A stretch of DNA of 64,000 nucleotides. Origin: Mytilus californianus. Lineage: Eukaryota. The notes under the pieces were generated by a model. That model had not been told where the DNA came from and did not search any database. It saw only the letters and a program-made list of their open reading frames with translations. Made by a program: the position numbers and the translations under genes. The first letter of the stretch is position 1. Each line of letters begins with the position of its first letter. Below are positions 26,880 through 37,551 of the stretch, one piece after another. The stretch covers positions 2,852,001 to 2,916,000 of the forward strand of contig NW_026262581.1 of NCBI RefSeq assembly GCF_021869535.1. Reading direction: 5' to 3'.

Positions 26880-29289
26880 TGTTTCTTAGTTATTTTATTG
26901 TGCCAATTCTTGTGTTCATACATGAGGAACCTATCTTAATTTATGTTCCTAACATAGTTATACATTGTTGTATTTGTTCCGTTTGCATTGTTTATCAAAG
27001 GTGCAATTGCCATTACAAACTTCATTTTTTACAAAACTTTTTATCAGTAGTTCTGCGCTGCCTTTACTTAAAACTCGTTTTCAGTTCTCAAGGCAAAAAT
27101 AGACTGCTTTTCGCGTATCGGATACGAGTGGACTGAATTTGCCACGATTACGAAAAAATATTTTAATTTACATAGTCGTATTTCATTTAAATTTACATTA
27201 AAAATTACGTTGTTAGAAGATTGTGGGAAGATTTTCCTAGCTTCTCGTTAAGTGTAATTTCGAAAGGTTTCGTGAAAATAAAATAAAAGCATTTGACCAT
27301 ACAAATTGGTTTGACAAGTACTTGGTAAAGGAGAAAACAGAAATGATATATTCTTTTAGATTAGACTGAATTAAGATGAATGTTTCAGTCGACAAAAGTT
27401 TTATAAATGTTTATCCACTTGTAGAGTTAATAATTCAATGTCTGTGATAGAAAGAGTGTGATATTGATAATGCTGTGATAATGCTATTGCTTCATTTCAG
27501 AATCTTAATATAAATTTATAAACATTTTACCTAAATTTTGTTTTATTTATAATGAGAATCTCCGGTGTTGTTTTATTTAAATTGACGATGTTGTTATTAT
27601 ATAGGTCAGGCGGATAGAACTATGTATATTTTTTTGTACTATTTAGCTTTTGTATTTGAAGTATTTTAGTCATTTACATTTTCATCAATTGAATGTACTC
27701 TTCCAATTCTTGAGAATATTATACAAAATGTTAAACTGGATATTTTTCCCTCTCTCAAAACAACTGGCATCTAAAAATGATAAGTATGAAAGAACAAGGA
27801 AATAAACAGAATACTTACCAAGTATTTTGAAACAAAGCAATAGAAGTATCGAACCATGGTTTTAACAATCATATGTTAACAACAAATCTTCAAAGTTGAA
27901 GCAAATCGTCACCTTGCAATTCAGAATCCACATGACGTGCGCTACTAGTGGGACAGAAACTGATATACCTCCCGGAGCAACTGAATTAATTCCCGTTTTA
28001 ATGGGTTTGTGTTGCTGAATCTTTAGTTTTATTTGTCGTGTATTAGGCAGGATTTCTTTTGTTTTCGTTTTATTATTTTTTTGTCATGTTGTTGTCCGAC
28101 TTTCTTCGGCTTATGGCCTTTGATGTCGCATTGGTATCAGCAGGTGGGGGAGGGGTCTGTCATCATATATGTTAGTGATGTTATTATGTACTTAAAGATG
28201 TATAGCACATTATCTTGTAAAGCCGGTTGCTTGTTATAATGTCGCATGGAAAAGACCAAGCAGAAAATGTAACATTGTAGGATTGGGATAGTTGCAACCA
28301 GACCATACAAAAGACAAATTGTTCAGACTAAGTGTCAATTTTTAAAATGTCAGCCTCGTGATCAGTTTGTTTTCTTTGTTGCAATATACTAGTTGTAAAT
28401 CCATATATACCGAACTCATATCTGATTAATTTGTAAATACAAATGTTGTTAGATATGCATAATGGCGTACAACACTCGTCTAGTTGCATTGATAATTTAA
28501 GATATACTTATCAATGAAATTTACAATTTATAAATTTTTCAAAAGCTCCTATCACGAGAAAAGTAAATTTGTACAAATACAGTTCGATGGGTGAAATATC
28601 TAATTAAAATAAACACTCCAAACTTGAAACGGTCACTGATTGGGAGAAATACAAAATTGAATAACTGAAACACAAAAAGGACTCCATTAATAGTAAGAAC
28701 ATTGCAACGAATACAATAGAAATAAAACATAATTAATTGTAGCAGTAATAAGTATATAAATGTGAGCATATATACATAGGTTCATATACCGATATTTGAG
28801 CATTAAAATAATTAAATGCAATCAAATCAATACAATTACACTGGAAACACATTAACGTAGACTATATGTATGGACAGAGTACAAAGAATTTCAAGGGTAG
28901 AAGGAATCTGTCTTTTAAATAATGATTACACGGAGTTCTCATCAGAATAGTTTTAATTGATATGGTACTGTCATTTTATACTAACGTGCACTTGTTACAT
29001 TTGAATAACTTCCGCCTGTTACATAAGATTTTGTTGTAAGAAGGCCGTATACCCATGTCATTTAAAATATCTTATGTCTATATTAACAAAGAAAAATATG
29101 AGAAATGCAATGAAAAGCCGAAATCACATGAACTTCAACGGTAATGAGACCAGGTTCGTCGTCAAGGTAACTCTATATGTCGCCTGTTTTACATCACCAT
29201 CTATCTTGTATTTCAATGTCATAAGAAACAGTCAAGTGTGGTAGTACAAATGTGTCTATATTTGAAATAAATATATAAATATTCAATAT

Positions 29290-30420
29290 TCAAATGTTAA
29301 GAAAGGTCATATTTGGGTTCAAAATTTAGAATAATTTAGTGAGAGAACATCATCTATATAGCGGAAAGTAAAGTTAAAGGATACTGCTAACTTCTTTTCT
29401 TTCTTCCTAAGAAGATCCTGTATGAAGTCAGCCTCGTATGAATGAAGGAACAAGTCGGCAAGAAGAGAAGCACAGTTGGTTCCAATGGGAATGCCGATTG
29501 TTTGTTGAAAAACACGTCCTCCAAAAGTAACAAATATGTTGTCAATGAAGAAATCAAGCATCTTGATAATGTCAGTTTCAGTGAATTTTTTGTTTGAACC
29601 AGAGGAAATTTTACAAAGTACGATCTATCTCCCCAAGACAAGAAACTTGTATCTATGTTGGTCATTCTTTTTTATCAAACTAAGCAGGACTAACTCTTAA
29701 TTTATCTTTTAGTTAAGATTGGGGAATACTTGTGTAAAGTGTAGAAAAGTCAAATGTTTGAATACTATTGCAAGATGAAAGAGTCATAGATTGTATGTAC
29801 TCTAAAAGATCTTTGGAATTTTTTAGTATCCACATCTGATTCACGCCTCCCTTAGAATAGGTAGTTTCACAATAACTTTGAAGCCCGGATTTGATTGCTG
29901 ATAAAATTGATGTTAATAATTTAGAAAGAGGTTTCGTGGAGCACTTGCAAGACCCAGTAATATAACGTTATTTGTAAGGACACTTGTGTAGTTTAGGTAT
30001 CCTATACAGTGATGGAAGATCCAGCTCTTCATCTTTGGTTAAAATTCAAAAGGAACATAGAACAGACCTATGATTATCCGGGATTTCATCCTTGGTAAGT
30101 GTCGTGGGGGTATATGTTAGGTTTCCAAGTGAATTGTCAATACCTTATTCATTTATCAAGCAGTTTATGTAATGTGATTTACACACAAAAACGATGTTGT
30201 CTGGGACTTTATCTGCGGGGACAACAACATATTTTTCAGGGAGGTAGGACAAGTGTTTTGCAACATTTGGGTCTTTAAACTTAGAACCATAGAACCATAG
30301 AACTAACCATGAGAGCTTTGAAATTTGCAAATCAGTGTTCTCCTTTGGGGATAATCAATTAAAACATTTTCTGGGGTGTCACAACTCAGATCTATATTGC
30401 ATTTTGTACAAATCCTTACC
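29290..30420 (-). pseudogene. Penelope-like element reverse transcriptase relic
   Basis: Fragments KYVVVPADKVPDNIVFVCK (30145-30330) and IDNIFVTFGGRVFQQTIGIPIGTNCASLLADLFL...FRYIDDVLSL (29319-29561) are PLE-type RT motifs (QxxGxPMG, YxDD). Multiple stops and frameshifts. Confidence 0.85.
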
Positions 30421-31588
30421 AACGGCCAGATTTACGCTAAAATAATACATGACAGACAGCAACCAACAAAATTCAGCGACTCGCTCGACCCTCCCCTTAA
30501 CCTGGGACAGTGATATAACGACACGACTTTAAAACAACCCATAAAAAATCAGTTGGAAAAACTTCAATCAGCACTAAGCGCACAAAAAAACCTCTACAAA
30601 AAGAAATAAGAAACGAAAGGTACCGATCTAAGAGTATTCGGAAATTCTAAAAGCTAGTTCAAAGTATATTTCAACTAATAAATAAAACCCTGTTTTCTGA
30701 AACTAAAATATCAATCAGTACTACACACTAAATGGATTTAATGTAAAGACGTCATATACAGTCTGAGAAAAGCACAACCTTGTGCAATGCCAAAATATAA
30801 GTATCGAAAGGATGTAGGACCACAAGTGATCATAACTGTATGTGTAGCATACATTTGTACTAGTATGTTCAAGTCTACGTTTTATCATAGTGTGTTTCTA
30901 AAATCTTTTCGTTGAGAGGAAGAGTAGAATCATTTTTATTGCTAATCTGTAAAAAGTGTTCAACTAATCAATAGTCAAAAAGTTTATGTGTATGATAAGA
31001 TGAAATACAGAACATTGCGATCCAAAAGGGGTTTGTCAATGGGTATTGTTGGGGGGTGGATTGGGATGGGGTGATGATCTCAAACCTATAAACCATTTTA
31101 ACCTTCCGACGTTTTGGTCTCCAATGTATCCTTCAGAAAAACTTTTGACATTAAAACGAATTTTTGTTTACTACTGTAGACAGAATTATACTTATTAACG
31201 ACTCTTAGATTTTAATTTCAATGAATATAAAACGATGCATTAGCGATATGACAATAAAGAACATATGAATTTTGATTTGATCGATAATGTAATGATTCAC
31301 AAACCACTAACATGTTTCAATGTTAATATATTGCAAAACATATCCAATTTTTACATCGGAAGTGACTTTGAGAGGTCATACCGGTGTTATGTTGCCGCAG
31401 AAATTTCTGCACGCGTCCCTTGCGCTTTTGACTGATAACCGAACGTATTTCGTATAAATACGCGGATATTATCGAGTGCAAAATAAACATGATTCCTTAT
31501 CGCTTGTTATAAATTCATTTCTTCAATGAATACTCATGAAAATATTTTTTATGTTTTTAATGTTTTGTCGAGAGAAATATATATGTTG

Positions 31589-32438
31589 ATTGTTTTCTGT
31601 TTGGTAATAATTTAATAATAAGATCTATTTTGTTACATCTTGTGATCCGTTTATTTGGCAATCGCCAATGGCAGTCAGCAGGGTTTAAGAACATCAGTTG
31701 TTCGACCTGCTAGTCAAATGCGTTTTGTTAAAATATACTTTTTCACTCATTTGGTCTTTTGGAAAATGTTGTTTGTGCTGTATTTAGACCCCTCTACCAG
31801 GAAATTTGTTTTGCATGCACACGTATAAAAATTGCGGTTTTTATCCAACGCAATCATAGGTTTGGTCGTTGTTTTCAATTTAGACTTGTTTATATTTTTT
31901 TCGTTTGGGCTTGTATTATATTTGCCTTCGCGGGTTTATATGATCCGTTCATCCTATTTTGACTCTTTCAAAATTCAAGAGCCTATCCTAAATTGAGGTA
32001 AATTATATGGTCTTCCAAATACCGTTTCGATTCCTAACATCACTGAAGAGACATTAATTGTCGAAATCCGGATATAGTGTACAAATTTTTGCACCTCATG
32101 TTTGCGGTATACCATCTTTTCCGCAAGTTTATTGTTTTCTGTTTGGTAATAATTTAATAATAAGATCTATTTTGTTACATCTTGTGATCCGTTTATTTGG
32201 CAATCGCCAATGGCAGTCAGCAGGGTTTAAGAACATCAGTTGTTCGACCTGCTAGTCAAATGCGTTTTGTTAAAATATACTTTTTCACTCATTTGGTCTT
32301 TTGGAAAATGTTGTTTGTGCTGTATTTAGACCCCTCTACCAGGAAATTTGTTTTGCATGCACACGTATAAAAATAGCGGTTTTTATCCAACGCAATCATA
32401 GGTTTGAACGTTGTTTTCAATTAAGACTTGTATATATA
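31589..32438 (+). mobile_element. Hammerhead-bearing retrozyme/PLE-terminal-repeat element, copy A (~1.55 units of 542 bp)
   Basis: Direct repeat with period 542 (31589 vs 32131). Ends in AGACTTG + TA-rich tract. Homologous to 51713-52073(-) and 58181-58852(+). Confidence 0.85.
32038..32079 (+). ncRNA. Minimal type I hammerhead ribozyme motif (copy A)
   Basis: CATCA-CTGAAGA-GACA TTAAT TGTC-GAAA-T CCGG A-TA/TAGTG. Has the CUGANGA and GAAA core, a 4-bp stem II, a palindromic stem III and an AUA cleavage triplet. One mismatch in stem I. Confidence 0.7.
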
Positions 32439-33078
32439 AATATAAGTAAAAGAATCGTTACTGTCTATGCACACGTACCGAAAAATTGTGTTTGCGGATG
32501 AATATCTCTTATCGCTTGTTATATATTAATTTCATCAATAAATATTCATGAAAATATTTTTTTAAGAACATAGATAAATGATATGAAAATGTTTTGTCGT
32601 GAGAAATATATTTATCAGAAACAAATCATGAATACCGAAAATTTGTGTTACGCCAGCTGAAGAATATCTCGAGGACGTTTTGCAACGACAGCGGGAGAAA
32701 TATGAATGCCTACTCAAATCAAACCTATTAGATAAACGAATTATTACAAAAGAGTGTCCACCATGCACTTGCACTGCACTAATCATTAGAATATAGTAGA
32801 ATAGAATGATGGTATAAATTGATGAAAATTTGCCGGTAGAGTTACTAAGATGATCTGCTATATATATAACTGTTATACAAATATTAATATAATATATAAC
32901 AACAAACCTGATTATACTGATAACAAATGATTGTCCCATGATTATATCACTACAGTATAATAATTATTACGGTGAGGTTGAATTCCCTGTCATTTATTCA
33001 TCATCCACACAGGAACTTGTCTCAGAAAAAAAAATATATCTATGTACCTCAACCAAACTTTCAGGTATAGAGATATGA

Positions 33079-33405
33079 TTTTTTGTCCCATCTAGGGGCA
33101 TTATGTTTTTCAGTCTGTGCGTCCGTTCGTTCGTTCGTTCGTTCGTTCGTTCGTTCGTTCGTTCGTCCGTCCGTCCGTCTGTCCCGCTTCAGGTTAAAGT
33201 TTATGGTTAAAGTTTTTGGTCAAGGTAGTTTTTGATGAAGTTGAAGTTCAATCAATTTGAAACTTAGTACACATGTTCCCTATGATATGATCTTTCTAAT
33301 TTTAATGCCAAATTAGAGTTTTGACCCCAATTCCACGGTCCACTGAATATAGAAAATGATAGTGCGAGTGGGGCAACGCATCCATGTACTATGGACACAT
33401 TTCTG
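33079..33405 (+). mobile_element. Helentron/HINE-like non-autonomous element with (GTTC)n/(GTCC)n microsatellite
   Basis: TTTTTGTCCCA start, (CGTT)n(CGTC)n at 33120-33180, 3' hairpin GTGTCCATAGTACATGGA-like, T-rich insertion site. Confidence 0.65.
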
Positions 33406-34157
33406 TTTTTTTCTGAGACAAGTGCCTATGACTATCCACCAGAACTTGCGGTCATCCGATGTTCAGTACTTCAGTACTTTGATTGATAATGCGATTCACA
33501 TCGTATTAATTGAGAACAAAGATAGAATAATAAGCCTAATTAAAATATAGATCTCTGATTTAGTTTTGCTCAAAATTCGATATTTTTTTGTCATTTTATT
33601 ATTTTAACTCTTCTCAAAAGACAACGACGAGTACGAGGTCCGATCTGGCTAGAATAATAGTCCCAGGTCCGATAGATCTGAATTTTAATCACATTGGTTT
33701 ATACTAACAACAAAAACTTGCTTCTTATTTTTATTATAAAACACAGTGAACGTTGCCGTAAGAGAATAGTGTGAACATGTGTTTTTTCTCGATATCGTAT
33801 CAAACCAGGAAAGCCTGGACTACCCGTTTGTTTCAATAATATATTGACTCGTCCGGAAAAGTATATCCATTACCTTGATTTGCTTCAGGTATGTCTTAAC
33901 TAGATTTGCCTCACGTATGTCTCAACTGTACCGAACAATATTAGTATTTCAACACTGCGCTTTCACAGAAGGTTTTCTTTACTAAATATTTCTAGTTTTT
34001 AACACACTTGTGCTGTATACTTATATTGTCAGAACACTTTATGAACTTTTTTAACACACTAGTGCTTTATAGTCATATTGTCAGAACACTTTATAAACTT
34101 TTGCATTTAAACGATTTGAGCTCATGTCATTTAATCCACAAACAATATTTTACAGTT

Positions 34158-34428
34158 ATGGCATATTCCTTTCATCCACTGTGTGGATACCACTGGTGGT
34201 GGACTGTTTATCCCCGCCGGTCTCATCAGCCCAGTACTCTGAGTGCTTCGCAACTGACAAAGATTTTCGTTGAAACTGAAACTCAAACAAAAAATCCGGA
34301 AATTAAAAAAAAAAAAAAACTTCTGAAAAAAATAACAAAATTTTTTTCAGGAAAAACCAAAAAAACGAAAGCTGACGTAAAGTTCGGATACCGCGAAGCA
34401 CTCTATACATTTAAGGACGGTAAAACTT
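34158..34428 (+). CDS. Candidate coding exon of a small Lys-rich protein (MAYSFHPLCG...KFGYREALYTFKDGKT)
   Basis: Acceptor tttacag| at 34155, ATG at 34158, donor T|gtaagt at 34428/34429, possible upstream donor at 33888. The downstream exon was not identified and the N-terminal part looks repeat-derived. Confidence 0.3.
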
Positions 34429-34472
34429 GTAAGTTTTGAGGATTTTACCTTATATCTCGAAGACAATTTCGT

Positions 34473-34577
34473 CCATAAGAAACTTCGGCTTTGAGTCGTT
34501 CAGTCCATAGGAAACTTCGGCCTTGAGTCGTTCAGGCCATAGGAAACTTCGGCCTTGAGTCGTTCAGGCCATAGGCC
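34473..34577 (+). repeat. 32-bp tandem repeat x3.3 (CCATAGGAAACTTCGGCCTTGAGTCGTTCAGG)
   Basis: Units start at 34473, 34505 and 34537, with a partial unit at 34569. No spacers. Confidence 0.9.
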
Positions 34578-35859
34578 TCTTCGGTTGTAGTCGGTTTGCT
34601 TGTTTCGATTCAAAGCCATAAAATGTTTTAAACTTCATTGTTTGTGCTAGTGTTTATGTTTACAGAAATTCAAGATAATATACCTGTCTTTTGTATATAT
34701 GTATGATTAGCTGTTTGGAATTGGATGGATAAATATGATGCACAATGTTTGTAGAGTGTCACAACAGGGTGAGTGTTTTACATGGCTTTGAGTAACTTCG
34801 AGCATGCTTTGAAACGGCATGGTTTATTACTGTGCATATGTTATGTTTATGTCATCTATTATGTCAATTTGATTGAGTGTTTTCTCCTGTAATTATTTGT
34901 ATTATATGTTCTGTAAGGGTCCCGTTTTGTTTTTTGAGACTTAAAGAGAGATTCAGAATGAAAAAAAAAAACAAACAACAACAACAACAGACATGTTCAT
35001 GTGGCTCTCAAAAGTCAGGTTTTCTTTTGTTGTATCTTAATTATTTTTAGGAATTTGTTGTTGATAGTAGATCGTTGACTGCTTCTGTAACTTATTTGAT
35101 TTTTTTAGGCAAGGGAAGAGTTAGATATTGGCATATTATTTACAGGACTAGGCGGAACATCAAAAGATTTACTTTAAGTAAATTGGGTTCTGTGTAGTCC
35201 ATTTTCAGTGTTTTGCAGTTAAAATCAGCCATCTACTAAGCATTATGAAATATACTTGGCAGAGCTTTATTGAACCACACCGTGACACAAAATCTAAACA
35301 GCATTGACTCGGTTTTAAATTCAGAATATGATTTTAGCATATTCCAAAATTAAAATTGTTCATACAGTTTGTTATTCTTTCAAACGTAATTCAAGTGATG
35401 CAAACAGACAGTGTTGTATATTCAGGCAAGAAATAAATATATGACTAAACGCACTGTAGAATTTCAATGCAAGGAGTCCAAAGGTATTGAACTGTGTAGA
35501 TTATTAAAAAAGGAACTGATTTTTATACGCGTCCGGCGTATTAAATTCAAATTTGGGTAAAAAATAAATCGAAAACAAAATCTTCGTGTAAAGTGAATGC
35601 GGAAGGTATGTACATATGTGGAGATCAAAAGAAAATATCGTTAGAAATTTTAGATTTACGGAATGGTTCGAATTTAAGTAATTTGTCGATCGATGAACCT
35701 GACTGATTTCCGGCACCGAAGTTGGAATCAAACATGCAATTGACAGCCTTCGAATGAGTAAAAGTGCTGGATTTTAAAAAGTACTACAAGAAATTTACAT
35801 GTCCGATTCGAAGCTTTTTTGTACCTATCCTTCTAAAACTTTTTAACTTTTTGTTCGAT

Positions 35860-36210
35860 AATGGATTTCATCCTGAAAATTGGAGTGATGGTATCGTTAT
35901 ATCCGTGCAGAAAAAGGGTGACTTGTAAAACCCTAACAGTTATAGGCCAACCATACTTGTTAGTATATTTTGCAAAATGTTCGTTTCTATTTTGAACAAA
36001 TGCGTATATCATGGGACACATGTGCTAAATACCAGATAAAGTTATTAGCAAATCAATTTGGATTTCGACCGCATAAATCCACTATTGTTGCCTTTTTATT
36101 TCCCATACTTTACAAGGAAAACAAAAACATAAGTTTTCTGTACATATGTTGACTTTTGTAAAGTATGTGATAATGTAGCTAGAATAATATTGTGGTACAA
36201 GCTTTACAAT
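35860..36210 (+). pseudogene. Non-LTR retrotransposon (LINE) RT relic
   Basis: PENWSDGIVISVQKKGD*..NPNSYRP..LVSIFCK, QFGFRPHKST and VDFCKV.DNV.R..LWYKL correspond to LINE RT domains 0-3. Contains stops and frameshifts. Confidence 0.75.
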
Positions 36211-36506
36211 TCTGTAAATAACCTGCAAAGCGATAAATATGAGAAAAATGATTTATTATATACTTAGTAGTAAATACAGATAAATTGTAATACAATCATT
36301 GGCAAGCATGCTGTATCAGCCACCCGTGATGATATCGATATCAGCACGGTTGCAAAGGCTTTATCACACCTTTAATCTGTATGACGTCATTGATTGCAGT
36401 CACTGTTGCAAAGGCTCAAATCCCTAATATGTAAGACGTCATGTTAAACCTATAATCTGTATGACGTCATTCCAAACCTCCTTATCTGTATGACGTCATG
36501 TCACAT

Positions 36507-36718
36507 AAAAAACATTTACGTGAGGTATATGTATATAATAAAGTGAATATGATATGGCTTTTTCAATATCACACACCGTATCAACCCTCAACCAATATAA
36601 TCCCTCGAGCAGAGCTCTTGGGATTATATTGGTGTCTCGGGTTGATACGGATGTGATATTGAAAAAGCCATATCATATTCACTTTATTATATACATATAC
36701 CTCACGTAAATGTTTTTT
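36507..36718. mobile_element. ~212-bp foldback palindrome (MITE-like)
   Basis: AAAAAACATTTACGTGAGG...ATATAATCCC is mirrored by GGGATTATAT...CCTCACGTAAATGTTTTTT. Arms are ~100 bp and near-identical in the outer ~65 bp. Confidence 0.9.
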
Positions 36719-36969
36719 TTTTGTTCCTTGTTTTTTACATAAATCAGGCCGTTGGTTTTCTCGTTTGAATTGTTTTACATTTGTCATTTCGGGGCCTTTT
36801 ATAGCTGACTATGCGGTATGGATTTTGCTCATTGCTGAAGGCGGTACGGTGACCTCCAGTTGTTAATTTCTATGTCATTTGGTCTCTGGCGGAGAGTTGT
36901 CTCAATGGCAATTATACCACACCTTCTTATTTCTATATTAAGGTGAACAAAGATAATACGGGAATAATT

Positions 36970-37179
36970 GTATTCTGTAATGGATGGAGACCCGTTAAAT
37001 ATAGTTGGCATTACGATCTCTATGAGCTTAATGTTGTAAACTCTTGTGTTTATCTTTGAAATCTGTTCGGCAAAGTATTCTGTAATGGATGGAGACCCGT
37101 TAAATATAGTTGGCATTACAATCTCTATGAGCTTAATGTTGTAAACTCTTGTGTTGATCTTTGAAATCTGTTCGGCAAA
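36970..37179. repeat. 105-bp tandem duplication
   Basis: GTATTCTGTAATGGATGGAGACCC...TTCGGCAAA starts at 36970 and again at 37075, with few mismatches. Confidence 0.9.
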
Positions 37180-37509
37180 CCCAAAGCGATTATCTGTTCA
37201 ATGTAATAAAGCACTAATTTAACATCACTCCTTAATTCGTTTAAGATATTTTATATATCATCACACCAGAAATGTTAAATGTTCGATAGTCTCGTTGGAT
37301 AGATCTTGAGTAAACTCATCTTCTACTAATGTATGTTCTTAGAAAATAAGGAATACTAAAATATTGCTGTAAAAAATAAAAACAATACTTTTCAAATGTA
37401 TGCGTCTGAAGCGCTTGTCGTGAGCTTTTGTTTCGTGTTGATTTTATTTGATTTTATATTTTCAATGGTACTCGGCTTCGTAATTGCTTTGGCCTTCCAA
37501 ATGTTCGAG

Positions 37510-37551
37510 ATCCACTGATGAATCTTATGTAGATGAAACACGCGTCCGGTG
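37510..37551 (+). ncRNA. Degenerate type I hammerhead ribozyme of a second repeat family
   Basis: CTGATGA-A TCT TATGT AGA T-GAAA-C ACGC G-TC/CGGTG. Core is present, but the stem III palindrome and stem I are damaged. Confidence 0.5.

Noticed and set aside
31759-32501. Duplicated ORFs MENVVCAVFRP... (31759, 32301, and related 51681)
   Set aside because: They lie within the non-coding 540-bp repeat, and the frames differ between copies.
32714-32986. Hydrophobic - strand exon candidate (MGQSFVISIIRFVV...)
   Set aside because: Splice-like ends exist, but the I/Y/F richness is expected from AT-rich DNA and no downstream exon could be linked.
34473-34577. CRISPR-like 32-bp repeats (also the 27-bp array at 54148)
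   Set aside because: The units are head-to-tail without unique spacers, there are no cas genes, and the context is eukaryotic.
36829-37350. Protein-like text in and next to the 105-bp duplication (FAEQISKINTRVYNIKLIEIVMPT...)
   Set aside because: There are stops in all frames upstream and no recognisable domain. Kept only as a tandem duplication.
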